A stretch of DNA of 63,733 bases, counting the filler, from Klebsormidium nitens (lineage: Eukaryota > Plantae > Klebsormidiophyceae): the NCBI GenBank assembly GCA_000708835.1. It is 7 parts of 7 records of this genome, joined end to end, with 100 filler letters (N's around TTAATTAATTAA, not from the genome) between each part and the next. Parts side by side here need not be neighbours in the genome. Positions count along the whole stretch, not along the records: positions 25,865 to 31,829 come from DF238387.1; positions 31,930 to 37,955 come from DF238383.1; 5 more parts are not named here. One strand, written 5' to 3'. The position numbers and the translations under genes are program-made. Positions 25,865 to 38,055 of this stretch are shown piece after piece (the first letter of the stretch is position 1; each line of letters opens with the position of its first letter). A model generated the notes under the pieces. That model was not told the origin of the DNA. It was given only the letters and a program-made list of their open reading frames with translations, and made no database searches.

Positions 25865-28449
25865 TTGATGAGCGAGGTTCGCTGCAAGCGCCTCACTGCG
25901 CTCAGTACCTAGTTGGAGAAAGCTTGAAAGCAGCCACAGTTGTCCTCCTGAGCTGAGCTGAGCTGCACATTTTTTCCGACCTTGACTCTGACTATGCTGT
26001 CCCTGCTCATCACGGCAAAATTAAAAACACCAAGAGAAAACTTTGACACAGGACAAGCCAAGTCGGAAAAGATATTGTATAAGGGGTCTCTGACGTCACT
26101 AAGCCAAGGGTCCACAAAAATATAATTGTCGTCATGATGGAACCGACTGGAAGCCTCCAGCGTATACCGAGGGAATTTTCTCGACTCCAAAAGAAAGTGA
26201 ACCTGAACTGAACCTTCGTACGGGGTTCCGGACACGTTCCGGACGGGACTGCAAGACACCGAGTCACGATACCGCCCTCACTTTTCTGCACTATAAAAGC
26301 GGACAATTCCAACCATCATTTCTCATTTCCGACTTTCCGAGCTCCGGATTTCTGAGTGCGCAGGCGGCGGCGCCCAGGGTCGACCAGCAGGGCCAAGAAG
26401 GTGACGTCAGAAGCTTGCTGACGTAATATTTAGAATTATACATTGTGTTCTGAGTCCACAACTTGGCACAAGCAGTGCTCAGCGAGTCATGCGGCCCTAC
26501 CTAAGGCTACGGTACTTGCAACACATAATACGGTAGACCTACTGTACTTACAAGTTAGGTACTACGGTACTCACCCCAGGTTGACCCAGGTTGCATCATG
26601 CATCATGCACAGCGAAGTTGACCGGAGGCTGAGACTGGCTCGCGAGATTTGACAGCAAAGCAAATGAACTTCAGCATAAATTTTAAGCCACTCAGAGGGC
26701 GCCACGTCAGCCCCAGGTGCCACCATTTTGTGCCACCCTGTCGGGCCGGTATGCCGTCAGTGGTCACCCGTGTCCTGCAGATCAGACCGTCTTTCTGCGC
26801 TACCGACGGCCCTGAGTCGGATCCCGGCACGATCCCGGCCCGGCGGATCGACTTACAATCCAGGCCGCTTGCAGCCGACTCATCTGCTGGCGCAACGGTG
26901 ATGGCGAACTTCAATCCGGCCAAACGAATGCATGAAGTCTCTCAAGGTCTGTGCGGCGCCCTTGCAAGGAAACGACATACCAACACTGAATGTTGTGGTG
27001 TCTTCATTTCGATGCTTCCGAGTTCCTGCGATCGTGATTCTCTTCGGATCACCAAAGAGCTAGTAATGATTGTTTGTCGCAACTTCTCAGGTGTTTGATG
27101 GATCCAAGTCGGACACCTCCGGCCGATAACGTGATCAACCCTGTTTCTCGAATTTCCACGATCGAAACCCACGTCTATTAGAAGCTCTAGACGCTCGCAG
27201 AAAGATGCGGCACGTTTGCCGTACCGGCCCCCGCGCCGTACCTCGAAATTCAGTATCTGCTTGCGTTGAAATGTAGCCTGCGCTTATTACCATCTTTTTT
27301 CTGGCCAAATGACCGGAATGCAGCCAGGCACGTGCAGCTTGATTCTGAGGACTCCGAGAAGCCAAGGGTGAAAGGGTCACAAGAACCGACGTGGTTACGG
27401 TGTGTATAGACGCTTCCAAATGATGATGAGTTGAAATGAAAGAACAGCATCTTCTGCTAATGGCAGATCTCGAAATTGCTTGAAGGAGTCGGAGTAGGAA
27501 ACTTGCAGGACTTGAAGCAAATCATGCACATTGGGTAAAGGCGGTGGCAGTCAGGACGTTTCGTGTTTTTACAGACCAGATGACCACGGTGTTCCTGATC
27601 AAAACTGGCAATGTTCAGAAGTTCAAGATTGCCCATTTTAGGATTACGTTCCACCCAGTTGCGTAGCATTCGTAATTTTGTCCAACGTGGCAGCAGGTTT
27701 TCGGGGGAGCTCCACTTGTACGTAAAGCTAAAATGGTGGCGATCGAAGCATCAAACAGTAGACTGCAGCACTAATTACCGTCTAAGTCAGCCCACGCACT
27801 GCAGGTTACTTTAAATGTCCGGATCGAGGATTCCGAGTCCTCTTAGCAGGATTGATGATTATGCCCGACCTTACGTGTACGGTAGCAGTTTGTAGGCTTG
27901 CTCATGATGCAAGTGATTTAGTGCCGGGCCCAATGAGTGCAGTTCGATCCGCTGCCAACCAATCGTGTGTAACACGAGTACAGATAGCGTCGGAGGGTGG
28001 CCATGTGCCAGCCTGCGCGGCCCGCGCGCGGGGTTGTACGTGCATGACCATGCGATGCCAGCAGGCCCGCGCAGCGGCCACGCGGCAACTTAGCTTAATT
28101 GTTGCAGATTTTGTTAACATGAAACATATATCAACTATATTCAACCACGAGCTTCATATGCAACTTCTGTGACGAAAACGACACCCGAACCGGGATAAAG
28201 TACACACGAGCCCGGATGGTCACTGTGGCTCAACATCATGTGTTCGATGATGCATATTTATTGCACAAGCCCCTCGCATTGCCATGCTTTCGCCATGAAG
28301 TAGCTCGGAACGCCATGCTTGTGCGTGTATGTGAGGAGAGCCCGCAAGCTGTCTCTTACTTGGTTATCCGAGAATGAATATATCACTGGCAAGTTCGATC
28401 AAGTCTACTGACTCGAGCCTCTCTCATGCTTACGCTGCGAGGTATCTAC

Positions 28450-31400
28450 ATTATGCAGATTCCTTGCACGCACGACGGCGTCTAACTAAACCCGGCGGTG
28501 TGTTCTGACGCAGCCTGCGGCCGCGATCCCGGCGGTTGTACGGACTCGGCACTCCGGTCCGGCAGGGCGGAAATGTTTCGTCACAGCTGTGACGGCTCCC
28601 CCTGCTAAGAAACGCGTCCCCGCGCACAATCTGCAACTATGATTAGCGCTTAGGAACCCCGGAACTATAGTAGCATTCTCCTGCCACGAATTGGCAACAC
28701 ACAGCATCCACACGGAGATGTTACATCCGGACCAGCCAGCACCCTACTCGTGCCGCCCAATTATTGTCAGCAGTTTGCCGAAGCGGTCTCCCCCGGGGCC
28801 CGGATCTCCGGATCCCTACGCCAGGTTGGCTCTGAGGTTGGTGCTCGTGATCAGGTCCTGCCCGGCAGCCCGACTGCTGTCCGGTGAGTTCCTCCGAGCG
28901 CTCCCAACCGGCCCGCGGATCACCGTTGACGTGTGGCGGTGGCGAATCAACGCCGGGCAGCTGCACATGGCTGATGGCGTGCCCTTCACACGCGAAACGT
29001 CACCCCGGCATCATACCCGAGGATGCTCATATAAGGCTGCCGCCTTTTCAAGGTTGGCCGGGCTTTCCGTTGACTGCTTGGAGAAGCCACTGAGCTCTCC
29101 AGCAGCTTCCTTGGCGCGCCATCACGTAGCACGTCGACGAAGCACTAACGGTCCGACTTCTTCGTCGTCGAGAAACAAACGAATCAAAGTCAAGATCAAA
29201 CAGCAACTGTCAAAGTGCAAAACAGAGAAACAGCCGTTCAGAAAAGAAAAACAAAGAATGAAGAGAAGACCCGAAAGGCAAATCGTTACAATAACTCACG
29301 CTTGGCAGTCCGTGAACACGTCACGAGCGAGTCACTAGTGCGTGACCGCCTTCATCCGGTCCTTGTGGCCAGCAATTCTTCAACGCCCTGACCGGATCAA
29401 ACTTCCGCTCCGACACCGGGGTCAGTAGCTAAGTGGTGACAAAAGGTTTCTTAAAATTTGTTCCTTGTGCAGGTCGTTGCCTGCAGAAGGACTTCCAAGG
29501 TTCGAGTCGTGCTCTGGAATTGTGGGATTTGTTTGTTACTTTCAAAGTTGCTGGTCTTCGCCTGCATAAGGGTTCACGTGTGAGTGGTTTCACTCACTTT
29601 CAAATTCTTTGCATTCCTTCGCCGGTCTTTGCCTGCAGAAGGACTTTATTGTGAGTGGTTTCACTCACTTTAAGTTTCTTTTCGTTCCTTTGCCGGTCTT
29701 TGCCTGCAAAAGGACTTAAACGTACTTGAGTGCTTTCACTCACTTTCAAATTCTTTGCGTTCCTTCGCCGGTCTTTGCCTGCGGAAGGACTTTATTGTGA
29801 GTTGTTTCACTCACTTTAAGTTTCTTTTCGTTCCTTTGCCGGTCTTTGCCTGCAGAAGGATTTTATTGTGAGTGCTTTCACTCACTTTCATTTTTTTTCG
29901 TTCCCTTGCCGGTCTTTGCCTGCAGAAGGACTTCCAAGATTGTGATCAGCAACCTTGGGATGCTTCTTTCGTTCTCCCGGGCTTGTAGCCCCTGGGGAGA
30001 CTTCCGGAAATGATGGAGTAGCGACCTGCCAAGATTCCGGGAAAATAAAAGTAAGTCTGACTCCGGCATCTGGCATGCCTTGAGTAAAGTCCAGCTTTGT
30101 CAAACCTCAGGCTTTTGTGCCCGGAAGTTTCGTTTCTTCTCGGAAGAGGAGCGGCTCCTGTCAAACGACCCCGGATGGGTGGCGTTTCATGGAACCCAAT
30201 TTCCTCTTCGTATTCATATAGTCGCCTGCATCACAGCGATTATCTCGTTTCGAGCAAATCGAAGCACTTGTCCGGCGCTTGATCAGGACCTGCTTCAAAC
30301 CGGAGTGTACCCGGCCCAGTATATGCTCCGCTGCCAGTAATGGTCTCCTTCTCTCCACCGGGGCCCGTTCCTAGCTTGATAGCCTGCTCAAATAGACAAG
30401 AAGTCCCGGAGGCCCCGGCGGAACACAAGCAGGCAATGTTGGAGGGAGAGAGCCAGTGGCAGACATTTCGAATGCTTAGAAGTCAATCCCGGAACAAATG
30501 GGTTGCTGCCAGATCTGGGCAGTGTTTCTGCTGAGAGCCCGGATAGTAAGCGGTTTAACCAGCAACCGGGACGGCTCGGACCCGGCTCGGAGAGTCGTCA
30601 TTCACCTTTTTGAACGGCCGTTTGCCGTTCAGATCAGACTCCGAGCATCCCGGGGTCCCCTAGAATTCCAGACGACTTAGAAAGCACGGTGGAAAGACCC
30701 TCCGATCTGAGAGGAAGGCGGTGACTACCAGGCCCGGCATCGGCTCGATGATTGACTGACGTGAACAACAGACTTCGAAGACCTCCAAGACGGTGGTGTG
30801 ACCAATGATTCCGAAAGCTCCTTCACGCTCTGGACCCCGGGCTCACCCCCGGAGTTCTCTCAGCAAACTAATATTCTGCGGGCGGTACACTTAAGAGTCT
30901 TGATTGCAAGTGGAGCATCTCAAGACAAACCTCCCTCACAGCCTTTGTTTGAGTGTTTCTCTTGAACTTTCTTGATTGAGCTGATCCGGATCCAGTATTA
31001 ACAGATTTGGAAAAAGAGCTCGGAGCAGTAGCTCGGAGGAACAGCCCCAACAAGCTAAGGTGACATCATTAGAAGACATGCTGAGTGACTGGCCCCAGGC
31101 TCAGCAATTCAACCTTACAGTGAAAGTCTCCACAGTCTAACCCCGATAAGAAAGTGACAAATTTGGAGGAGTGGGGTCGGATGGGTCTGCCAAACTTCTC
31201 CCCGACCTCAGTTCACACCGTTTGACAACTTTCCCGTCAATTCGACTTCTGGGGTCCAAGTAGAGGGCTCTGCTCGAAGCGGCCACTGGCAACTGTTCAA
31301 AAACCTCTTCACGACACTGGTATGGCCGGAGGTTGCTTGCAAGTACAGAGTAAAGTTGTTACCTTCTTACCCTGAGCTTCACCACCCTGAATACTTTAAG

Positions 31401-31829
31401 CCCAATGTCCTTCAGGTCTTTCTCCCTTTATCGAAGGTTTGGCTTTACTTTCCCCGAGTCCTTCAAAAGCAAGCCCTGCTTTTAGGAGGTAACTGCAGCT
31501 TGGATCTGCCTTACTAGGGCTCCCGGAGCTGATGTCTTGTCTTCTAGCAGGCTAGCTTTGGACTCATACCCCCAGTGCCTCTGGACTACCAGAAGTAGCG
31601 GAGCACTCAAAAGATTGGCATGGTATACAGTCTGGGTTACCAGGCACGTTTTGGCGGTGCTTACCCCCATCTATGTGATGGTTGGCCAGCTATATGCAGG
31701 GAGCTGGCAGGATAACTACACACGATTAGCTAACATGTGCGGAAACCATGAAAGCAAGCGTTCTCAAGCGATGGCGCAGCTCAGAAAAATTGCTGTCTTT
31801 CTGCTCAAGACAACTTCTGTCCTCTTGTT
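28450..31829. mobile_element. Probable degenerate retroelement-like region (unassigned)
   Basis: A stop-riddled long reading frame on the minus strand at about 31080-31829, an internal tandem array and strand-skewed leader-like tracts. No diagnostic RT, integrase or gag motif was recognised. Confidence 0.25.
29581..29940 (+). repeat. Tandem array of five ~71-bp units with alternating subtypes
   Basis: Units start TGAGT(G/T)(G/C)TTTCACTCACTTT at about 29581, 29652, 29726, 29797 and 29868 and share GCCGGTCTTTGCCTGC(A/G)(G/A)AAGGA. A partial upstream copy lies at about 29477-29500. Confidence 0.9.
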
Positions 31830-31929
31830 NNNNNNNNNNNNNNNNNNNNNNNNNNNNNNNNNNNNNNNNNNNNTTAATTAATTAANNNNNNNNNNNNNNN
31901 NNNNNNNNNNNNNNNNNNNNNNNNNNNNN
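31830..31929. other. Artificial contig linker
   Basis: 44 N + TTAATTAATTAA + 44 N. Confidence 0.97.
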
Positions 31930-32054
31930 GTTTCACTGTCAGTGAGTAACCCTATGATGTCACTGGGAAATGACGTAACCCTAACATAACGCTAGTCGAT
32001 TGGCACAAACCGTTACAGGTTTGCAATATAACCCTAATGTCACTTGAGAGCCCC

Positions 32055-32120
32055 GGTCACTGTCACTGTCATTGTCAATGTCAATGTTGCCACCATGTCA
32101 GCGTCGCTGTCATTGTCCTA
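32055..32120 (+). repeat. Imperfect (TGTCAC/TGTCAA/TGTCAT)n hexamer repeat
   Basis: GGTCACTGTCACTGTCATTGTCAATGTCAATGTTGCC..., read directly. Confidence 0.6.
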
Positions 32121-33222
32121 ACCACAGCCCGTAACCACTGTCAGAGTCACGGCTCCCCCACGGCTCTAATGACTTCAGGTGTTTGAGTGTATTTCACACC
32201 TATATGACGGGTCGGAGACACTAATAAAAGGAGAATGCTTTGATGCTTTCAAGTTTGCTCCACTGCGATTGTGTAATTTTGCACTACACAAGTTCACAGT
32301 GTTCATAGCTGCCAGGTGTGTCGAAGCTTCCTACTCTAGTTGCTGATTTCCACCAGGGTGGGCATTGGCAGGTAGGTGTGGCTTCCAGAACACTATCTGA
32401 GCTCGCTGCTCGATCGCACCTGGGCGTGACTCGGGGACGGCGATCAGGTTTCCCGAGTGCATGCTGCAATCTAGGTACTAAGGTGCGACACTGAACCGGT
32501 CGCAACCCGGAAAAACCTCTGCATGATTCTGTGTGCAACATTGATGATTGGGCCCGCCGGCAGCCGGTGACTGGAAACTACCGTAGACGGTACCTAGTAC
32601 CTACTGGATTGTGGCGTGCGCGGCCTCTACCTACCTACCAACCTATGACCGGCTCCCCGGTTCCGATCGAGCCGCCGGTGATTATCAGCCGGGCACGCCA
32701 GGCGTCGCCCGGTAAGTTGTAACCCCCACCGTCGCCAAGAGTTGCCTGGTTGCCCTCAGGGGATGCGCTGCTGCTTGCCGGTTTTCCAACCGATGGGGTG
32801 CCTTGGGCAAGTTCCGGCGGGCCACTGGCAGCCGCAGGCCCGGGCGGCATCGATCGACCCGTTCCCGCGTGATTGACCGGTTCGTGGGAAGCACTGGCTG
32901 CCACTCGCTTGCGATCGCCTGGCTCAACGCGGCTGGGGCAGAGTGCCATGTCAGCCAGAACCATATCCAATTCGCAAAAATGATTGGCCGCCTCAAGGTT
33001 TGCCAGAATCAAATCTGCCAGCGTGGCACCTGCACCACTCAATGCCAGAGATGAACATTCCCAGTCTGATCATGTAATGTGCAATGTGCATGCTGCAGGA
33101 TCGAGAGCCGGAGATTCCGCCCGCTAGTAGACTCGCCTTCCACTCGTTGCCTCCTCACAATTCTCACATTCTGCTCACCAATCCCTTCGAGGCGCTTCCT
33201 CGATCCCCTCTCCGCCGACACC

Positions 33223-35034
33223 ATGGCTTCCTCCCTGGCTCTGCGCGCTGCCCAGCTGGTCCCCAGCGCCTTCGTGGGCACCACCCTGGCCAGCAATGCC
33301 TCCGAGGGCAAGATCCAGATGAGGAGGACTGTCAAGTCCGCCCCCTCCAGCCCCTGGTACGGGCCGGACCGCCTCAAGGTACGCAACCCTGAGCGCGCAT
33401 ACTGATGTGCAAATCGCGGGATGCAAGGGTCAGGGCCAGCAAGCAGTGGGCCATAGGGGATAGACGCTGGCCGGGATCCGACAGCCCTGACAATGAGGAC
33501 AGCAATGCAGGCGCCGCAATTGAAGCACAGGGATTGCTTCGTTCATGGAGGTGCGCCCATTGTGGTGCGCAGCCTGTGTTGACTGGGCTGACCTGTATTG
33601 TGTGCTGGTACTGTGCAGTGGCTGGGCCCCTTCTCCGGGGAGACCCCCAGCTACCTGACCGGTGAGTTCGCTGGAGACTACGGCTGGGACACCGCCGGCC
33701 TCTCCGCTGACCCCGAGACCTTCGCCAAGAACCGCGAGCTGGAGCTCATCCACGCCCGGTGGGCCATGCTCGGTGCCCTGGGGTGCATCACCCCTGAGCT
33801 CCTGGCCGGCAACGGCGTCAAGTTTGGTGAGTGCCGCTGGCGCCACAGCACAACGGGTGCTCCGTCTCCCATGAAATGTATTGGCTTCAGAATCTGGCAA
33901 CAAGCCACTTGGTGGAATCAAGACAAAGGGAAAGCCCGTCTGGCGCAAGACAGATTAATGCCCTGGTCAAAAGTGATGTCTGTCTTGTTCCCGAGTGAGA
34001 TAGTTTGTCTGCATCCTTCCCTTCCTCTGAGCCCCTGTCCTCGCTTATGGTTGTGCAGGCGAGTCTGTCTGGTTCAAGGCTGGCTCTCAGATCTTCGCCC
34101 CCGGCGGTCTGGACTACCTCGGCAACCCCAGCCTCGTCCACGCCCAGTCCATCCTGGCCATCCTCGGATCCCAGGTCAGCACTGCCTCCTCACTGCTCAC
34201 TGGCCTTCCCCATTGCCTTGCCTCGATAACCTCTCACGCAATTGCATATTCCGCACCCTCTCCTTTTCCCTCTCTGAACCCAGGGTATTTTGCCTGATTC
34301 AGGTCATCCTCATGGGTGCCATTGAGGGATACAGAGTGAACGGCGGACCCCTCGGCGAGATTGAGGACCCCCTGTACCCCGGCGGCCAGTTCGACCCGTA
34401 AGTGTCCCCTTGCTCTGGCTTGTGCAGTCTTGTATAATTCGTTCATGCTGTGCTAAACTTCTATGAGCATCTTTGGTTTTGCAGCCTTCTTTGTATCAAA
34501 AGCTCCTCGCTCATCTCCTCTGCTCTGATCCCCTTTCGTGCAGCCTGAACCTGGCTGAGGACCCCGACACCTTCGCTGAGCTCAAGGTCAAGGAGATCAA
34601 GAACGGAAGGTAGGCTGCTTCAAACAGCTGCTGCCGTGCATCTTGTGCAACAGATGGTCCCACTTGTACTCTGTGGGCGCGCTCCACCTGTGAATGTTCT
34701 GCATTCCGGAGCTCGTACTGACAGTGTCCTCTGTTCCCTGTGCAGACTTGCCATGTTCTCCATGTTCGGCTTCTTCGTCCAGGCCATTGTCACCGGCAAG
34801 GGCCCCATTGCCAACTTGAACGACCATCTGGCTGACCCCGCTGTCAACAACGCCTGGGTAAGGATGTTATGAGCTGTACTAATTATATGTTTTAGTGACT
34901 ATTTTTGGCACTGCACCTTGTTTGCATGACTCGCTTCTTGACAGCAACTTCATCCCTACTTCGCACACAAACTAACTACAAGTGTATGCTCTGTCTTGCA
35001 GGCCTATGCCACCCAGTTCGCCCCTGGACAGTAA
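33223..35034 (+). CDS. LHCB: Major light-harvesting chlorophyll a/b-binding protein of PSII (LHCII; Lhcb1/2/LhcbM type), 7 exons
   Basis: Exons 33223-33378, 33619-33826, 34059-34174, 34303-34397, 34544-34609, 34746-34857 and 35002-35034. Transit peptide followed by [81 protein letters not shown]. Confidence 0.97.
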
Positions 35035-35085
35035 AAACTGAAGCTTGTGTCCTGTGCATAAAGACAATTAATTGTGTATGAACGA

Positions 35086-35091
35086 AATAAA
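35086..35091 (+). terminator. Candidate polyadenylation signal AATAAA of the LHCB gene
   Basis: AATAAA lies about 50 nt after the stop, in AT-rich sequence. The evidence is positional only. Confidence 0.3.
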
Positions 35092-36797
35092 CTGTTTTTG
35101 AACAAGGCCAGATGTTTTGATCAAGTCATTTCTTCCAGTGCATTCTTGGCGACAAGTTTCGAATCTTTAACGCATGTTGAAAGAATGTGCCGCGGGATGT
35201 TTTCAATGACTCAAATGAAAAATTCTTTTTTAGGAGAATGAAGCATATATATTAGTGAAACGTACATCCGTAAAAGTTGGTGATATCTTACTCCACTGAA
35301 AATAACTTGTGGCTTGTAGAATGAACACTTCCGAGTCCTTTTTGGTATTGCCCTAATCTATTGGTGTGCGTTGATTGAGGCGGGGGTGTTTGAATGAAGC
35401 TTGCAACACGTAACAGTTGCAAGTCATTTCACACGAAAATCACGGCCGCCATACCGATGTGTGCCAATACTCCGCATCCGCTTCTCTGTGCCTTTCTGCG
35501 GTTTACAACCCTCGAAGACTGATGGTTGCGCCACCTCCCGCTAGTTAATGCTAATCCTACATGTTCAATAGTCTTAACTAGCCTATATCCCCGGAAAGCG
35601 GAATTGTTTCGCTAGCACATTAGCCGTTAGAACACACCAGATATTTACTAATGTAGCACACCAAGATTTGGGAGGATAGCTAGGCGTTTACAACATTTAT
35701 TCCCATGTATGCCATGCAAGCCTGTGGCCCATGTGGCTACGGCGTTTGAAAAGAGCAAAATTGCCATATATTTTCCACTGAGCATTGCAATATTGGCACC
35801 AACTACTAGATGATAGTAGATGCTACTGGATGGTACAAAAATTGCTTGATGAGCGTCCCAGTACTATAGGATGTACGTAGACATACATTATAAATCAGGT
35901 AGATCTGATTTGAGACGCACTGCGGCCCTTGGTTTATATCCAGTTATCAGTGTGACGAGAAAGAAGTGGGCATGTCTGTGGCGGCATGGCGGCCAAGGAT
36001 CAGGCAGCCATAATGTTGGGAAATCAGAAGGACTAGCTATTATACCAGCCTTTATTGACCCTGAAATAAACTATTCAAGTTGAAACATTGATTCCAACAT
36101 GTTGCATGACCGAGTCATTGCAGCAGTGGGGCATGGTCAGGCGTCGCAAACCTACCATGCAACCTTCTTAAAAAGACAGATTTGGCAGGTTGCGCTTAAA
36201 CTTTTTCTGGATCCACATGTTTGACCGGGTGGTACGATACTCTGCAACTCGTTCACCTTGCATATACAAGACATACCATACCCAATGGCATAGTGGGCTA
36301 AGTCAACGAGGCAAAAGTTGTAGGAAGTTCTTCAACTTACTCTCCGCTGTTATCGTTCATGCATGCATTTCGGAGCATGCAATATAAGAATCAGTTGATA
36401 CCTCAACATGCGATCCCATGTAAACTTGGGAGGCATGAACTCCATGCAATCATGCATCGCATTGGCAAGACAAGATACCCTAAAGAACCAGCAATTTCTC
36501 GCAGCACCTTGTAAGTTGTAGTGGCAGCCGCGAAGTATGACTCGCTGCTGCGATGCATTGAGTTGGCCGGGTGAGGACCAGTGAGCAGGAGCAGCCTCCC
36601 CTGAGCAGGCCGTCCGGGCACAACGGCATGGTGGGCCAGAGCATGCGCATTGCAAGCAGGTCCAACTCGGTACAAGAAGGCCGACCGTCCTACTCACGAC
36701 GGCACTGCCGCATGGAACATGTCCAAAAAATCATCCAACGCGTAAGGGGGCACCGGACATGGCTGCCAGCTTAATCGAATTCTTCTGAGTGGAGCTT

Positions 36798-37324
36798 CTA
36801 GGCTTTCCTTTTGGCGGCTGTCTTGGTCTTCTTCTTGGTCGGCGGAGGGGGCGGCTGCACGCACCACACACCCACGCACGCAGTCAGTCACTGCCGCCCG
36901 CTCAGGCTGGGGCCCCCNAGGAGCGGACCGCCCGGCCACGCAGTGCGCGCGGGGGCAGCGGGGCGGCGGCGTGGGGGGAGGAGGGCGGCGGGGGGCTCAC
37001 CGTGGCGAGCTCGTCCTCGTGCTTGGGGATGAAGGCGGTGTCGACCTTGCCCGCCTTGAAGTCCTTGACGTCCAGGATCAGCTTGTGGTAGTCGATCGTC
37101 GTCGGCACGCCTGCACGCAGCGACAGCACCACACACCGCGCTCAGCCGGGCGCCGCACACCAGAGCGACTCGCATCCAGGCGCGCGCACGCAGCGGCTGC
37201 AGCGGCGGCGGCCGCGAGAGAGGGCGGCGGGCGGGGAAGGGGGCTCACCCTCGATGACGGTGTCCCCCAGCGCGCGCTGCATGCGCTGAATGGCCTTCTC
37301 GCGGGTGGGCGCCCACACGATCAG
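36798..37324 (-). CDS. accC: Biotin carboxylase subunit of heteromeric plastid acetyl-CoA carboxylase, last three exons (5' part cut off by the contig end)
   Basis: Exons 37324-37249 (LIVWAPTREKAIQRMQRALGDTVIEG), 37110-37001 (VPTTIDYHKLILDVKDFKAGKVDTAFIPKHEDELAT) and 36854-36798 (PPPPPTKKKTKTAAKRKA*). This is the plant CAC2/AccC C-terminus. Confidence 0.9.
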
Positions 37325-37955
37325 CTGCACGGCCGGACGAGCCATCAGCAGAAAAAGAGGCGGGCGGGTGCTGCAATGAGTGAAGCCTCTGAGAATGCGG
37401 TGGGGCGGCACAGGGAGATGCAGCGAGGTGGCGGGAAGCGGAAGGGGAGGCCCAAGCGACGGCCTGTCAGAAGTTGCAGGGACTAGGGATGCGATGTGTG
37501 GGCGAGGGTTGCAAGCAAGGCAACGAAAGAGTCGAACGCACGCAAGCAGTGGTAGCGCCACTGATGCTTCCGGCCCTCCCTTCGGAGGACACGGGACAGA
37601 CGGGAAGAGCAGCCCCCCAGTTGCACTGAGCGGGCGAACTATGGCGCACAGATGCTGAGGCGGCGGGGGGCGGGCAAGATCGGGCCGGACGGGAATCAGG
37701 AGCGCGCGGGGGCAGACGCAAGGGTCAGCAGGGCAGCGAAAGAAGGGGCCAGGGGAGGAGGGGAGCGAAGGACACGGCAGGACAGGCAGAGGAAGGGGGG
37801 GGGGTGCACCACGCCCGAAGGAAGGGACACCATGACGGGGCGGGGGAAGGGAACCGGGTTGGCACGGGGTGATGCGGGAGGAGAGGCCAGGAGGGGAGAA
37901 GGGGGGGCAAGGGAGGCGCGCGGCCATCTCGGGCTGGGCTGCTGCGGCAGGAGGG

Positions 37956-38055
37956 NNNNNNNNNNNNNNNNNNNNNNNNNNNNNNNNNNNNNNNNNNNNT
38001 TAATTAATTAANNNNNNNNNNNNNNNNNNNNNNNNNNNNNNNNNNNNNNNNNNNN
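37956..38055. other. Artificial contig linker
   Basis: 44 N + TTAATTAATTAA + 44 N. Confidence 0.97.

Noticed and set aside
25865-27700. Coding fragments (25909-26259, 26603-26923, 27457-27669) as genes or transposases
   Set aside because: No diagnostic motif was recognised and no coherent exon chain could be built.
29581-29940. CRISPR array
   Set aside because: The units are homologous over their whole length with no unique spacers, there are no cas genes, and the context is eukaryotic.
32635-33042. 135-aa minus-strand ORF diverging from LHCB
   Set aside because: It has no family motif and overlaps the expected LHCB promoter. It could be a chance ORF in GC-rich DNA.
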